A stretch of 60,238 nucleotides of DNA, filler included, from Basidiobolus ranarum (Eukaryota), in the NCBI GenBank assembly GCA_040143965.1. It is 7 parts of 7 records of this genome, joined end to end, with 100 filler letters (N's around TTAATTAATTAA, not from the genome) between each part and the next. Parts side by side here need not be neighbours in the genome. Positions count along the whole stretch, not along the records: positions 1 to 8,540 come from JASJQH010007832.1; positions 8,641 to 17,176 come from JASJQH010007833.1; 5 more parts are not named here. One strand, given 5' to 3'. Each line of letters begins with the position of its first letter. The stretch's first letter is position 1. The notes beneath the pieces were generated by a model. That model did not search any database. It was not told where the DNA came from and saw nothing but the letters and a program-made list of their open reading frames with translations. Shown here one piece after another: positions 1 through 12,912 of the stretch. A program made the position numbers and the translations under genes.

Positions 1-340
1 ATGATGTTCCACTAGGATTTCCCATGCATTCTTGGCAGAGTCAGCATCTCTGACTAGCATAAGCTGTTGTGATCCCAGTCTTAGACGTATTTCTCTAAAT
101 GCCAATCTGTCTTTTTCTTTGAAGGTTGCCCTGGCTTCTTTACATGTTGGCTTCTTTGTTTCAGTGTCAGAATCTGTACTTTCTTCTTCAGAAGTTTCTT
201 CTTCTTCATCAGGTTGAACTGCTTCCCAAACATGTTTCCCTTCAAGCACAAGTTGCATCTTTAATTTCCTTTCATGGAAATCTTCCCCATTGAATGTTGG
301 AATATTAGTAATCTCCTTTTGTGAAGAACACTCTACTCAC
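1..340 (-). mobile_element. Ty1/copia gag N-terminal relic (runs off the window start)
   Basis: Minus strand reads TNIPTFNGEDFHERKLKMQLVLEGKHVWEAV...LVRDADSAKNAWEILVEHH. This matches the copia gag (DUF4219/UBN2-type) pattern F.G.NF..WK.KM...L....W...A...W..L. It lies directly downstream of a PBS and an LTR end. Confidence 0.75.
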
Positions 341-342
341 TT

Positions 343-520
343 GCTGCTACCATGTTGGAGGATCTAGACATAATGGGGGTAGACTTTGTGAATTAGAAGC
401 AACTTATGATAGTATGTTTTAGCTACTTTATTCTTAAGAGTATATGGCAACTTATATAGTAGAAAAGTAAATTAATTCTTTGAGATATTCAGGAGTTTGT
501 GTAATAAGATATAATCAACA
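343..520 (-). mobile_element. Copia 5' LTR (about 353-520, outer end uncertain) plus primer-binding site
   Basis: Minus strand TGTTGA...TATATAAG...AATAAA...TCCAACA is followed immediately by TGGTAGCAGC (352-343), complementary to a tRNA 3' CCA end (iMet-like), and then gag. Confidence 0.65.
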
Positions 521-673
521 AGTGGAGGTAATAAGACATACTTGTTATATAGATATATGATATTCCTATTTAGAATAAAGGGGCTATAGATATGTTGATT
601 TCTGTTTCTGATATATGTATCATAAGTAAAGTTAACTAAGATGTTGAATAAAGATTAATTATCCAATAATATC

Positions 674-800
674 CTGATTGGAACATGGCCAAATATTGCA
701 TATTTTGTGGGAGTTCTGTGCCAAGATCTTCAAAATTATGGATCTGACCTAATTATAGCAGTTAAGCAGATTTTCAGGTATTTGAAAGGTACTATGAATA
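674..800 (+). mobile_element. Copia pol (RT C-terminal) fragment
   Basis: Translates LIGTWPNIAYFVGVLCQDLQNYGSDLIIAVKQIFRYLKGTMN, matching the copia TRPDIAYAVG...AVKRI.RYLKGT motif. Similar at DNA level to about 55240-55350. Confidence 0.75.
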
Positions 801-1167
801 TGTTAAAGTATTTGGGAGCCTGTTGAAATTAGCTTTGCCTAAACACCTATATCGTCATATATAGCTTAATACTTAGTTATCTTTTACTTCACTAAGGTAT
901 TATCCTTTATTCTCAATTGGAATTGACTTGGAATATGTTTGCCAACTTAGAGATTCTCAGATATATGGATTTTTCAAACTTGTGCTAGAAGCCCCAAACT
1001 TTGCACATGTGTTCCTGGGACCTTCCTTACACATTCTACATGTTAGTTTGCTTACATCTTGACAAAACTTTAAATGTCAACTTTGTACTCAATAAATCAA
1101 CAAGTGAAAACCATCAATTTCTCTAATTCTCCAAACCACTTCCAACAGGCTCCCAAATACTTTCACA
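801..1167 (+). repeat. LTR family copy A (821-1167) preceded by an inverted 20-25 bp LTR end
   Basis: 821 TGTTGAAATTAGC...AAATACTTTCACA 1167 is homologous to copies at 8641, 16812, 17061, 32566, 36105, 55873 and 56783. Positions 801-825 match the reverse complement of 1143-1167 at 24/25. Confidence 0.85.
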
Positions 1168-2350
1168 CCAATTACCCATAATTGAATTGATGGCAGATTC
1201 TATTGAAGAGCTCTGTAGTTTGTGTAGTACTCATTGATATTGGGAGCTAATGTGAATTTGAGATATTTCCGTTAAGAAATAGTACTTTGAACGATAAAAT
1301 CAACAACAAACAATCATATTGTGCTCAAAATATCTCTGGAATAGTTCACATCCATCGCAAATATATGCTTTGATTTGAAGCCAAGTGATATTTGCATTCT
1401 AAAAGCTAGAGGAACTTTCTCTCTATAATATCTGATTTAAGTTAACTTCCACTCCATAACCCATGTCTCAGAATGTGGTATAGGAGGAGTACTTGGCTGT
1501 ATTCATGATATTGAAAACTGAAGCTAGTTTGCTTACAAAGCTACCTTGTAATGTGCACGCTGCAGCCTTCCATATAGTAGCAATATAAATAATACTAATT
1601 CCCGAGAAAAACAATAGTCCCACTGAATTTTATCTCTTTGGTATAACTTTCAACACTATAATCAGAGCAACGTTGACAATAACCAACATAAGATCAAGGC
1701 TCGTTCCCTGGAAGGATTTAGAAATGGGTGAGGGAATGGGTAGACTTAGCTCGGCGATACTGTAACAAAGGAAATATTCGGTATTATGTAGTTCATATTA
1801 GACTAGTGCTTCATAAGGCACAAAACAAACTCTGATGTTACCAGTAAATGTTTATTACAAAAGTATATTAAACTTCTCTCCCTCCTAGTATTCCCTTTGG
1901 TTTCTTTGTTCAGGATTGCCGTTCTTGAAGTCTTGCACATCACATAAATAATTATCGTTGTAGAACATATTCAAAGCACATTTACCTGGTTTTCATTTCG
2001 TTTTGATTTGCTACCTTGTGCGCTCAGAGTGGTCGCGTGCACTAATATTCAAGTAAGCTATCAAGGAATGCTATGATGAATTAAGATATTCCATAACATG
2101 ATGAAAGTATAAGTATGATTAGATTCGTGTAATTTATATGTATCACGAAAGGAGAGCTTATTGTAGTCGCCAACATTGAGTAAAATCAAAGATTTTGATT
2201 GGCCTTTATCATTCTAATTGGAATCTCTGCAGAAATGAGATAGTTTTGCAAACACACAGCAAGCCCTATTTTATTGATTACATGATACACGAAAGATAGT
2301 GTTGGCAGCAAGTTGGGAATATTTCCAATACTTAATAATATTAATAATTT

Positions 2351-4350
<2,000 letters not shown>

Positions 4351-4646
4351 CTTTGATGGCGCTTCTAGTTACGTTCTTTCACCCTTTTGTATATTGAGAC
4401 CCCAATTTATAGACTACTGCCATGAAACATTGTAAAATTGATTAAACATGTTGATGCGTTTATACCGTTTGAAATGATTAAACTTTGGAATAGTAGACGC
4501 ATCGATGAGCCTAATTATTAACTTTTATACATACTTACAATCATGCACATGTGTCTGAAAGCTCTACCAAAAATGCAATGGTGCATTGTGACTTATATAC
4601 AATCTAAGTAAACCAATTTCTTGGATATTGAAGGTGCATCACCTGA

Positions 4647-6254
4647 TTACGTGGTAGATAAAGCCAGTTTCGCCAATACACCTACTAAAGGGGCATTGAA
4701 GTCCAATGCAGGCTCATTCTCGACATGTAATGCTCGTACGTCTGAATGACTATCGTCTTTTTTGGGTCCTCCTACCAATGCCCCATACAAGATGTATTGA
4801 TTTGGCCTCTGACTAGTATAATCCTCCCATCCATTTACACCCTGTGAACCGGCGTGGTGTATTCTATTGGGAGAGTTGCCATCTGAACCAACGATATAAT
4901 TTCGCTTCAGGGGGTTTTTACCGAGGATATAATCCACCTGTGATTTTCCTAAATCTATATACTTTTGGGGTGTTGTAGGCTTGCATAGGTCGGCAAAAAG
5001 CATAGACATGAAAGCGGTGCTTACAGCTACATTGTTCGAACCAGAGCTACTTTCAGGGATCCAAAGCAAGCCTCCTGGAGTTCTTTGACGAGATATCCAT
5101 TCGAAATACTTATAAAGCACATCAAAATACACCTTTTTCCTAGTGATGGCTGCCAAAAGGAGGGTTGCGCCTACTGATTTGTCATCCCAGCTTTGAAACG
5201 TTCCAATCAACCGTTTGTTAATGGCAAATGCCCGGTAAAATGACTCTGCTTGGTTCAAATAGACACTATTATTTGTAGCGCGGTACAGCCATATTGTTCC
5301 CCAGGTAAGTTCGTCCTCAAAGCTCGAAGATAAATAACCCTCTCGTACGCCCAGCATTCCATTTTTGGCTTGCTTGGCTACTGCGCTCTGGTATTTTCCT
5401 CGGTTGTTTGTACCCAGCTTGTGAAGGCTAATGGCGTGCTGTAGTAATTTTTTACTGTACGCCTTTAATGTATCGTTCTCTACAGAGGCAAACACCATGG
5501 ATGCAGCAGCCAAAGCTGCACATGACTCCAAAACCGGTTCAGTACCTGGAAATTGTGGTGTGACATAGTATACGGGACGTGGGATAGCTTTTGGCATATT
5601 CTCGGCCGAGCCCCAATAATTATGATCTGGAAAAGGATCCCCAACCTGAACCACAAACTTCGCTTCTTCTATATGACTTTTGATGATGAAGTCAGTACCC
5701 CACTTGATAGCATCCAGTAAATTTTCCCATTGCCCAGCTTTTATAAGACCTTCTCGATATTCAATGGCACTCCAACTTAAAGTGGTCATTGTATACCCTG
5801 CAGGTAACGCGAATTTCACAAAATCACCGGCGTCATAATAGCCCCCTGATAGATCCACTCCAAGAGGTTTGCCATCATCCAAGTGGGAGCTCTTTCGCCA
5901 GGGTACTCGGTTGTTGGAAGGCAATTTACCTGATCTTTGTGCCTCATAGAACCAGATTGAAAGCTCTAAATTACGGGCATACGTAGCATATTCTATCGTG
6001 CCATTGATAAGATATTTGCTTAATAGTGGAGGGAAAGATGCTCCGGTATTATTTCGTTCAATCCCATCGGATTTAGTATTGGTATTAGTGGTGGATTCGG
6101 AAACTTTAGTATCTGGATCTTTAATTTCTGTGGGAAGGGTAGTCATTTCGTTAGATATAAAGCTACTGTTAAGACAATGAATCTTTGTGATTATGGGTAG
6201 GCATAGAAGAGTTATCAGAACGATATGGTTATAGATTCCGGGGGTTGATTTCAT
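4647..6254 (-). CDS. Secreted glycoside hydrolase family 9 endoglucanase, intronless
   Basis: 535-aa ORF with a hydrophobic signal-like N-terminus and GH9 motifs FYEAQRSGKLP, DLSGGYYDAGDFVKF (both catalytic Asp), WDDK, RIHH and ENEPALDFNA (catalytic Glu). Confidence 0.93.
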   Translation of the reverse strand: MKSTPGIYNHIVLITLLCLPIITKIHCLNSSFISNEMTTLPTEIKDPDTKVSESTTNTNTKSDGIERNNTGASFPPLLSKYLINGTIEYATYARNLELSIWFYEAQRSGKLPSNNRVPWRKSSHLDDGKPLGVDLSGGYYDAGDFVKFALPAGYTMTTLSWSAIEYREGLIKAGQWENLLDAIKWGTDFIIKSHIEEAKFVVQVGDPFPDHNYWGSAENMPKAIPRPVYYVTPQFPGTEPVLESCAALAAASMVFASVENDTLKAYSKKLLQHAISLHKLGTNNRGKYQSAVAKQAKNGMLGVREGYLSSSFEDELTWGTIWLYRATNNSVYLNQAESFYRAFAINKRLIGTFQSWDDKSVGATLLLAAITRKKVYFDVLYKYFEWISRQRTPGGLLWIPESSSGSNNVAVSTAFMSMLFADLCKPTTPQKYIDLGKSQVDYILGKNPLKRNYIVGSDGNSPNRIHHAGSQGVNGWEDYTSQRPNQYILYGALVGGPKKDDSHSDVRALHVENEPALDFNAPLVGVLAKLALSTT

Positions 6255-8540
6255 TCTAGAGTAGATGGACGTTAAATGCGATTTGAATTATGTTGTGTTA
6301 TGTTAGGATAGGTTAGAGTATTTCGATGACTCTTCGTTAGGTGGTGTTATGGTACATAGATAGCACTCGTGAATTGCGAGCAAATATTCAGTGTAACGAA
6401 TACTCGTTACTTATATACACTCCATATGGAGTCCATCAAATATGTAACTTGAATTGGCTTGTTGCATATATTTGAGCATATATCTCGACGTATTGGTAAG
6501 AGAAATACCATTGTTAGATATATAATACCATAACATTATACTACGATTATCTTCTCACTCACAATGGGATAATCCCAAAGAATCGCATCAATACTTACTA
6601 TCAACGAGCCGTAACGAATCTTCCCGGTAAAAGCAGATAGATAGGTAGTAAACATGAAGACAATCGTTACAGAATTATTCATTTTAGAGCGCTACTCTAA
6701 GGTATGAAGATAACTATCGCTTATCAATTTAGACAACAAACGGTTTAATTTCTTAGATTCATCGGAAATTTAGTGCCACCGCGCACACAGCTATCTTTGA
6801 AACAAGACTCAAATCAAGACTATTAACCAATAAATATAATCTCAAGTGGGATGGAATCAAGTGGATTGATTATGGCCTGTACTCAGCCTATATGACTAGA
6901 TTGTAGTATTTATTTTAAAAACACCGCCCAGAAAGCCCATAAGAGTGTCTGCACAATTCAAGTTACAGACAGGCTGCTATCAGCAACCGAGAGGTCATCC
7001 TTAGCATATATGCGAGACAATCTATGAATTATCGCTGCTATTGTACTGGGCTTTGGCAGCAAACAATGACATTAATCCATCCTCAACAGCGGGCCACGCA
7101 GTTTTTCCAACACATTTCATGAGAACTCTTGTATGATAAGAACGAGAGTGATTGGTTTTGATTGGACAGCAATGTTGGCAGAAATACTGAGGCTAAAAAT
7201 GCATGCACGAAATTTACGAGCTCTTCTAAATACATACCAGTTTGATTGAATTTGTCAACATCAAGATTTAATCCTTCCCTATACTATGTCAGATTGGCCA
7301 AAGTAAACGATGGTTTCATGGCATTTTATGGCTCCTTCAAAGAGTCAGTAGATGACTGGAACTAGTATGAACAACTTGGAAAACGTTCGTATTGTTCTTG
7401 CTGAATATCTCATCCCAATTATCCACTTCAATCAGGCCAAGTCTCACAATAGCGTTTCTTCGAAAGCTTATTAATCCAGTAATACGAATGCACCTGTAAT
7501 AACAATGGCCGTTCCGTGATTTAGCAGCGGTAAGACAGCTGACTATGGCCATCATTCACCAGTGGATCTTGAGAACAATTTTGTAACTGAGAACCATTAA
7601 TGTCGAAAAGAAACTTGGCCTTCTCATTATGATTAGTCAAGGGGTGGAAGCCAGAGCGGACCCTTTCCATAACCATTTTTATCTTGAAGTCTTTACTCAA
7701 GCTCAGCAGTCGGGTCTAGTCATAGATGTATATATTAGTTACACTAGAAACCGTTCATCCAATGACTCGATTGGTTCCCCAAAGTTGCCTCATTTTTACT
7801 TGGTATTTTGCTACGGTGCATGATCATCACTATCACCGCTTTGGGTGTTACCACATAAAATCCAAACTTTTATTTGCTCCTTTCCTCAATTCCTATCAAT
7901 GATGATTCTCTCATTCCAAGGTGTCCATATGATCAATTGGTGCCCCCTCTAGACTTCGAATTGAAAACATCGGATATTTTTTATACAGTTTTAAATGTAG
8001 TCCTGTCCATCGCCAGCAAAGAGAGGAAGGTTTGGTTGTGGAAACCCCACTGCATGGTATTTCTATGTCGAATTTGGTGAAGATATAGTAAGAGAGTGAC
8101 CTCTGTATCTAACAGATGTGAACTTTCTAACCGTCGTCCACGTAATTGACGGAAAGAGTGATGATGGTTGATAATCCTTTTAAGGGAATTCCGCATGCTC
8201 TTCCTCTCTTCTACTTGGTGATTGCTCTACTCATGTTGCTGAGGATTTCAAGTTATCCCCTATTACATCATTACTTTCAAATGGTATGTCTTTCTTTCAG
8301 CCCCCTGATCCTGCCTATATAGTTAGATACTGGATATCTTGGCACCTTTACCGCTCGATAGTTTCAAATCCCCTATGAATGAATCAATACTATGTTACTT
8401 TGGTCTTAAGGGAACCATAGTCATGTCTGTATATTGATGTTAAAGATTAATACAAATTTAAGGAATCCGCTATCCACTAGGCACCAATGACCACGACGGA
8501 GACCATAGTGAACAAAACCCATTCACAAATCTCTCTACCT

Positions 8541-8640
8541 NNNNNNNNNNNNNNNNNNNNNNNNNNNNNNNNNNNNNNNNNNNNTTAATTAATTAANNNN
8601 NNNNNNNNNNNNNNNNNNNNNNNNNNNNNNNNNNNNNNNN
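8541..8640. other. Artificial contig linker
   Basis: 44 N + TTAATTAATTAA (stops in all six frames) + 44 N. Confidence 0.99.
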
Positions 8641-8914
8641 ATTGAGTAGAAAGTTGACATTCATAGTTTTGTCAACATGTAAACAAACCAACATGGATAA
8701 TGTGTTAAGGAAGATCCAAGGAACATGTGTGCAAAGTTTGGGGCTTCTAACACAAGTTAGAAAAATCTATATAGCTGAGAACTTCTAAATTGGTAAAAAT
8801 ATTGTAAGTAAATTCCAATAGAGAATAAAGGGTAGTATCTTAGTTCAATATAGGATAACTAAATACTAAGCTATATATGACTATATAAGTGTTTAGGCAA
8901 GGCTAATTTCAACA
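8641..8914 (-). repeat. LTR family copy B (truncated at contig start)
   Basis: Homologous to 32640-32904; ends ...GGCTAATTTCAACA. Confidence 0.85.
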
Positions 8915-9502
8915 ATGAAGATACTGAGCAATAACAGTGAAATTTAGGTAACTAGCTATATGACTATAGAGATGCTGAAGCTATGTCATTTACAATAAGC
9001 AGAAGATAATTGTAACAGGGTGTGTCTTATAATGAGGTATATGGAGAGTTCCAAATATATGGAGAAATCACAAAATTGAGTTTTCAATTACAATTTTATA
9101 TATCTGAAAATACCAGGAATGCTCATTAAGCATATTATAGAGTATTTAACTAATTAGCTCTTCAATGATTGATATTCAAAGATCTTTAGTGACCTGAACA
9201 ATCAAAATATCAGTAGGTATGAGTTACATGTATTGGAAAAAGAGTCCATGAATTTCTGCCTCCAAATATATCACATAAACAGTGTATTGTCACTGTAAAC
9301 ATAGTAATATAATTGCGCTCTTATTATAGATAACATTTCGTATTAGAGAAATAAAAGCACTAATATTGCACTTGAAATAGCAAAGAGTAGCAATTTTCAG
9401 TCACTGTATCACATGTCTCTAATTTTCCCTAAAAAAATGAATATTGTACTTGACGGATCATTCGCTACATCTATTAGTGTCTTCTTTTGACCTAACGATA
9501 TA

Positions 9503-11105
9503 ATGCTTCCACTTATATTACGTCATAATGGTTTGATAACTTCAAAGAGTAGACAATTACTTCCACTCATTAGAACTTTTAGTTGTTCTAAAACTCAATT
9601 TGAAGAAAGGGTGTGTATCATAGGGTCCGGTAACTGGTAAGCTATCATTTTTTTTGACTATAATGTAACTAGGGAGCGAAGAAGCCATAAAACTGAGCAA
9701 TATACTTTCGTTTTCAATATTTAACAGGGGTTCAGCTATCAGTAAGATCATAGGCAATAACGTGAAAAAACATGAGGAATTTAATAAAGAAGTAAAACTT
9801 TGGGTTCATGAGGAGATAATAAACGGAGAAAAGTTAAGTCAAGTAATAAATAAACGGCATGAGAATGTCAAGTATCCTTTCTATTATAAGAATGTTTTCG
9901 TGTATCATGGAAAAATCAACGAGTGAAAATTTATTGTTGTTTTAGAGGCCTTAACTTTGGTACTTTCCTAAAATTCTAGATATTTACCAAACATTCAACT
10001 ACCAAGTAACTTGATCGCTTGCGCGGATCTACAGGAGAGTGTAAGAGACGCCACAGTTCTTGCTTTTGTTGTACCACATCAGGTATATTTTATAAGTGAT
10101 CGCATAATGTCAAAGCGTGTCAACTAAGTATATCTTTCTCTTTCTAAATGTACGGTTGAAAAAAACCCAAGTTCCTCAAAGGGATTTGTGCGGATTTGGT
10201 GAATCAAGTTAATCCAAAAGCGAAGGCCATTTCTCTTATAAAGGTACACTTTTGAATTGTACGGAATAGAAGCATTTCTATTGATAACATACATCCATGT
10301 ATTGATATATATAGGGAATTGACGCGTCTTCAAAAGGTATTCGTCTCTTTTCGGAGGAAATCTCTGAAACTCTAGGAATAGAGACAAGTGTTCTGTCTGG
10401 TGCAAATATTGCCCAAGAGGTAGCGTCAGAACATTTTTGTGAGACTACGATTGGATCTCGAATCAAGGAACATGGGGATATGTATCGAAAGCTGTTTGAT
10501 ACGGAGTACTTTAGGGTTACTGTTGTTGATGATGTTGCTGGTGTGGAGATATGTGGCGCATTGAAGAATATCGTTGCCATAGGAGCTGGTATAGTTGACG
10601 GTCTCAAGTATGTACTCAATAGGACACTTGTTTGTTGGATAAATTTACTTACTCATTTGCTGAAGACTTGGTGAGAACACAAAAGCAGCCATCATGCGAA
10701 TTGGGCTGATGGAGACCATAAAATTCGCCACAACATTTTATTCAGGTGTTAAAATGGAAACGTTTTTCGAGAGTTGCGGAGTGGCCGATTTAATAACTAC
10801 GTGCGCTGGTGGTCGTAACCGTCGTGTAGCTGAAGCTCATGTAACAACCGGTAAATCATTTACCGTGCTTGAAAATGAGATGCTTAATGGTCAGAAACTC
10901 CAAGGAACTCTGGCTGCGAAGGAGGTTTACGAATTCTTGGCAGCAAGACAGATGACAGCTGAGTACGTATAAGATATAATACGCAATATACCAATACTTA
11001 TTCACCATTTCTCACCTTACATCGTTCAGATATCCGCTTTTCACCAAGGTGTATGACATTGTATATCGGAATAAATCTCCGTCTACATTAGTGGAGAATC
11101 TATAG
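9503..11105 (+). CDS. GPD1: NAD-dependent glycerol-3-phosphate dehydrogenase, 7 exons, probable mitochondrial presequence
   Basis: [92 protein letters not shown]. The N-terminal 33 aa are Arg/Ser/Leu-rich with no acidic residues. Confidence 0.95.
9872..9979 (+). other. U12-type (minor spliceosome) GT-AG intron in GPD1
   Basis: Donor GTATCCTTT; branch-like GCCTTAAC (9948-9955) and TTTCCTAAA (9964-9972); phase 2. Removal restores HENVK-YLP. Confidence 0.8.
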
Positions 11106-11261
11106 CTCGTATTTCCTAAAATCCTTTAATAAATTCTATTATAAATCATGAGATGAAAATTCTGATTCAAGTCACAAATCCCGAGCTTAGCAAAAATAAT
11201 ACTTATCATTGCTTTGGTAGCCGTACCTTCCCTTGCTACCTGAATTGACTAGTTATTTCCC

Positions 11262-12606
11262 ATGAACTCAATCAAACTTGCTTCTAGACTACCTTGGAAA
11301 AGACCTGGCCTTATAATTAGTTCTAGTTTTCATACTAGTAACAGGGCTTCATTTCCAAGAGTCAGAAAACCATCTCAGCCTTTTACACCACCTAGAATAT
11401 TTGGCTCCTACTCAATGATAGTCCCAAGTAGTTTGGCTTTGGGTGAGAAGATTCCGCAAGATAGGCGTAAAGTTCCTTCACATATAACTCGTCCTAAATA
11501 TGCTAAAAACGGTGAACCTCCCGTTTGGAGTCACACCATCGATATAAAAACTCCCGAAGAGATTGAAAAGATGCGCGAAGCGGGTAAATTAGCACGAAAG
11601 ATGTTAGACATTGGTGGAAAGTTGGTGAAGGTACATTTTAAAAGCACATTTTCTTCTTTATGGTATATATATATATATTTACCGATGAAAATTGTATCTT
11701 TAGGTTGGAATCACCACGGACGAAATAGATCGAATTTTGCACCAAGAAATCATCAAGCATAACGCTTATCCTTCTAGTTTAAATTACATGGGTTTTCCAA
11801 AGTCTATCTGTACCTCGGTAAATAATGTTATTGCTCATGGTATTCCCAACAGGTACAATTTGCCAAAGTTTACACTAGTTTCATTCATTGATAATTGACC
11901 TATTTTCTTAATTATTATTAGTCGACCTTTGCAAGACGGAGATATCATTAATATTGATATTACGGTATTTCGATTGTCTATTGGTTTCCTTCTCTTGTTT
12001 GTTCTCTTAATTCAACTTTCTTAATTATTAGGTATTTTTGAATGGTTTTCATGGTGACAATTCGGCGACCTTTTTAGTTGGCAACGTAGATGATCAAGGA
12101 CGCGAGTTGGTACAGGCTACCAAGGAGTCTTTGGATTTAGCCGTGAATATTTGCAAACCCGGCGTTCCTTTCAAAGAAATTGGTCGAGTTATTTGGTAAA
12201 GAATCTCTGTTTCTTATATCATGACGAGTATTATTTAACCATATGACTTGCACAGTGATCATGCTGAAAGTAAAGGATTCTCAGTTTCTACCGAATTATC
12301 TGGCCATGGGATTGGTCGAGAGTTTCACTCACTTCCATTGATTCTTCATCATCGTACGTATTAGAATAGTCTTGGGTTTCTTTTGAATTGGTTTCTTATC
12401 CTTTCATTATAGGCAATGAAGAAGAAGGTACCATGCAGCCCGGTATGACCTTTACTATTGAACCGATTCTGTGCCAAGGTACTGCCATTGGTATGACTTG
12501 GCCGGATCGTTGGACCATTGTGACTGCGGATGCTGGTCGTTCCGCTCAATTTGAACACACATTGTTGGTAACTGATGATGGTGTGGAGATCTTGACTCGG
12601 CCTTAG
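11262..12606 (+). CDS. Methionine aminopeptidase type 1, mitochondrial (MAP1D-like), 6 exons
   Basis: [75 protein letters not shown]. Basic N-terminal presequence; no N-terminal zinc finger. Confidence 0.92.
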
Positions 12607-12690
12607 ATGGTTGCCTTCACTCACTCACTCATCTCTCTCCTCTCATCCATTCCTCTACAGAACAAATAAACATTCATCATCGCACCTGGC

Positions 12691-12777
12691 TTATAATTTA
12701 ATGGAATATTGCATTGTGGTTTATATTTTAATGGAATATTGCATTGTGGTTTATATTTTAATGGAATGTTGCATTGG
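12691..12777. repeat. 30-bp tandem repeat, about 3 copies
   Basis: Unit TTATATTTTAATGGAATATTGCATTGTGGT at 12691, 12721 and 12751, with 1-2 differences per copy; the last copy is truncated. Confidence 0.95.
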
Positions 12778-12912
12778 TTACTCGTCAGCGAAAGTAAATG
12801 GTTGGGATAATGCGTCGAGTGATTAATTTACTATGTTTACAAATCCACCAGTGATGGTGACAAAATTTGAAAATGAGAAGAATGAGAGGTTGTGATTGAA
12901 AGTTGGGGGAAT

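Noticed and set aside
12691-12777. 30-bp repeats as a CRISPR array
   Set aside because: Head-to-tail units with no spacers, no cas genes, eukaryotic context.
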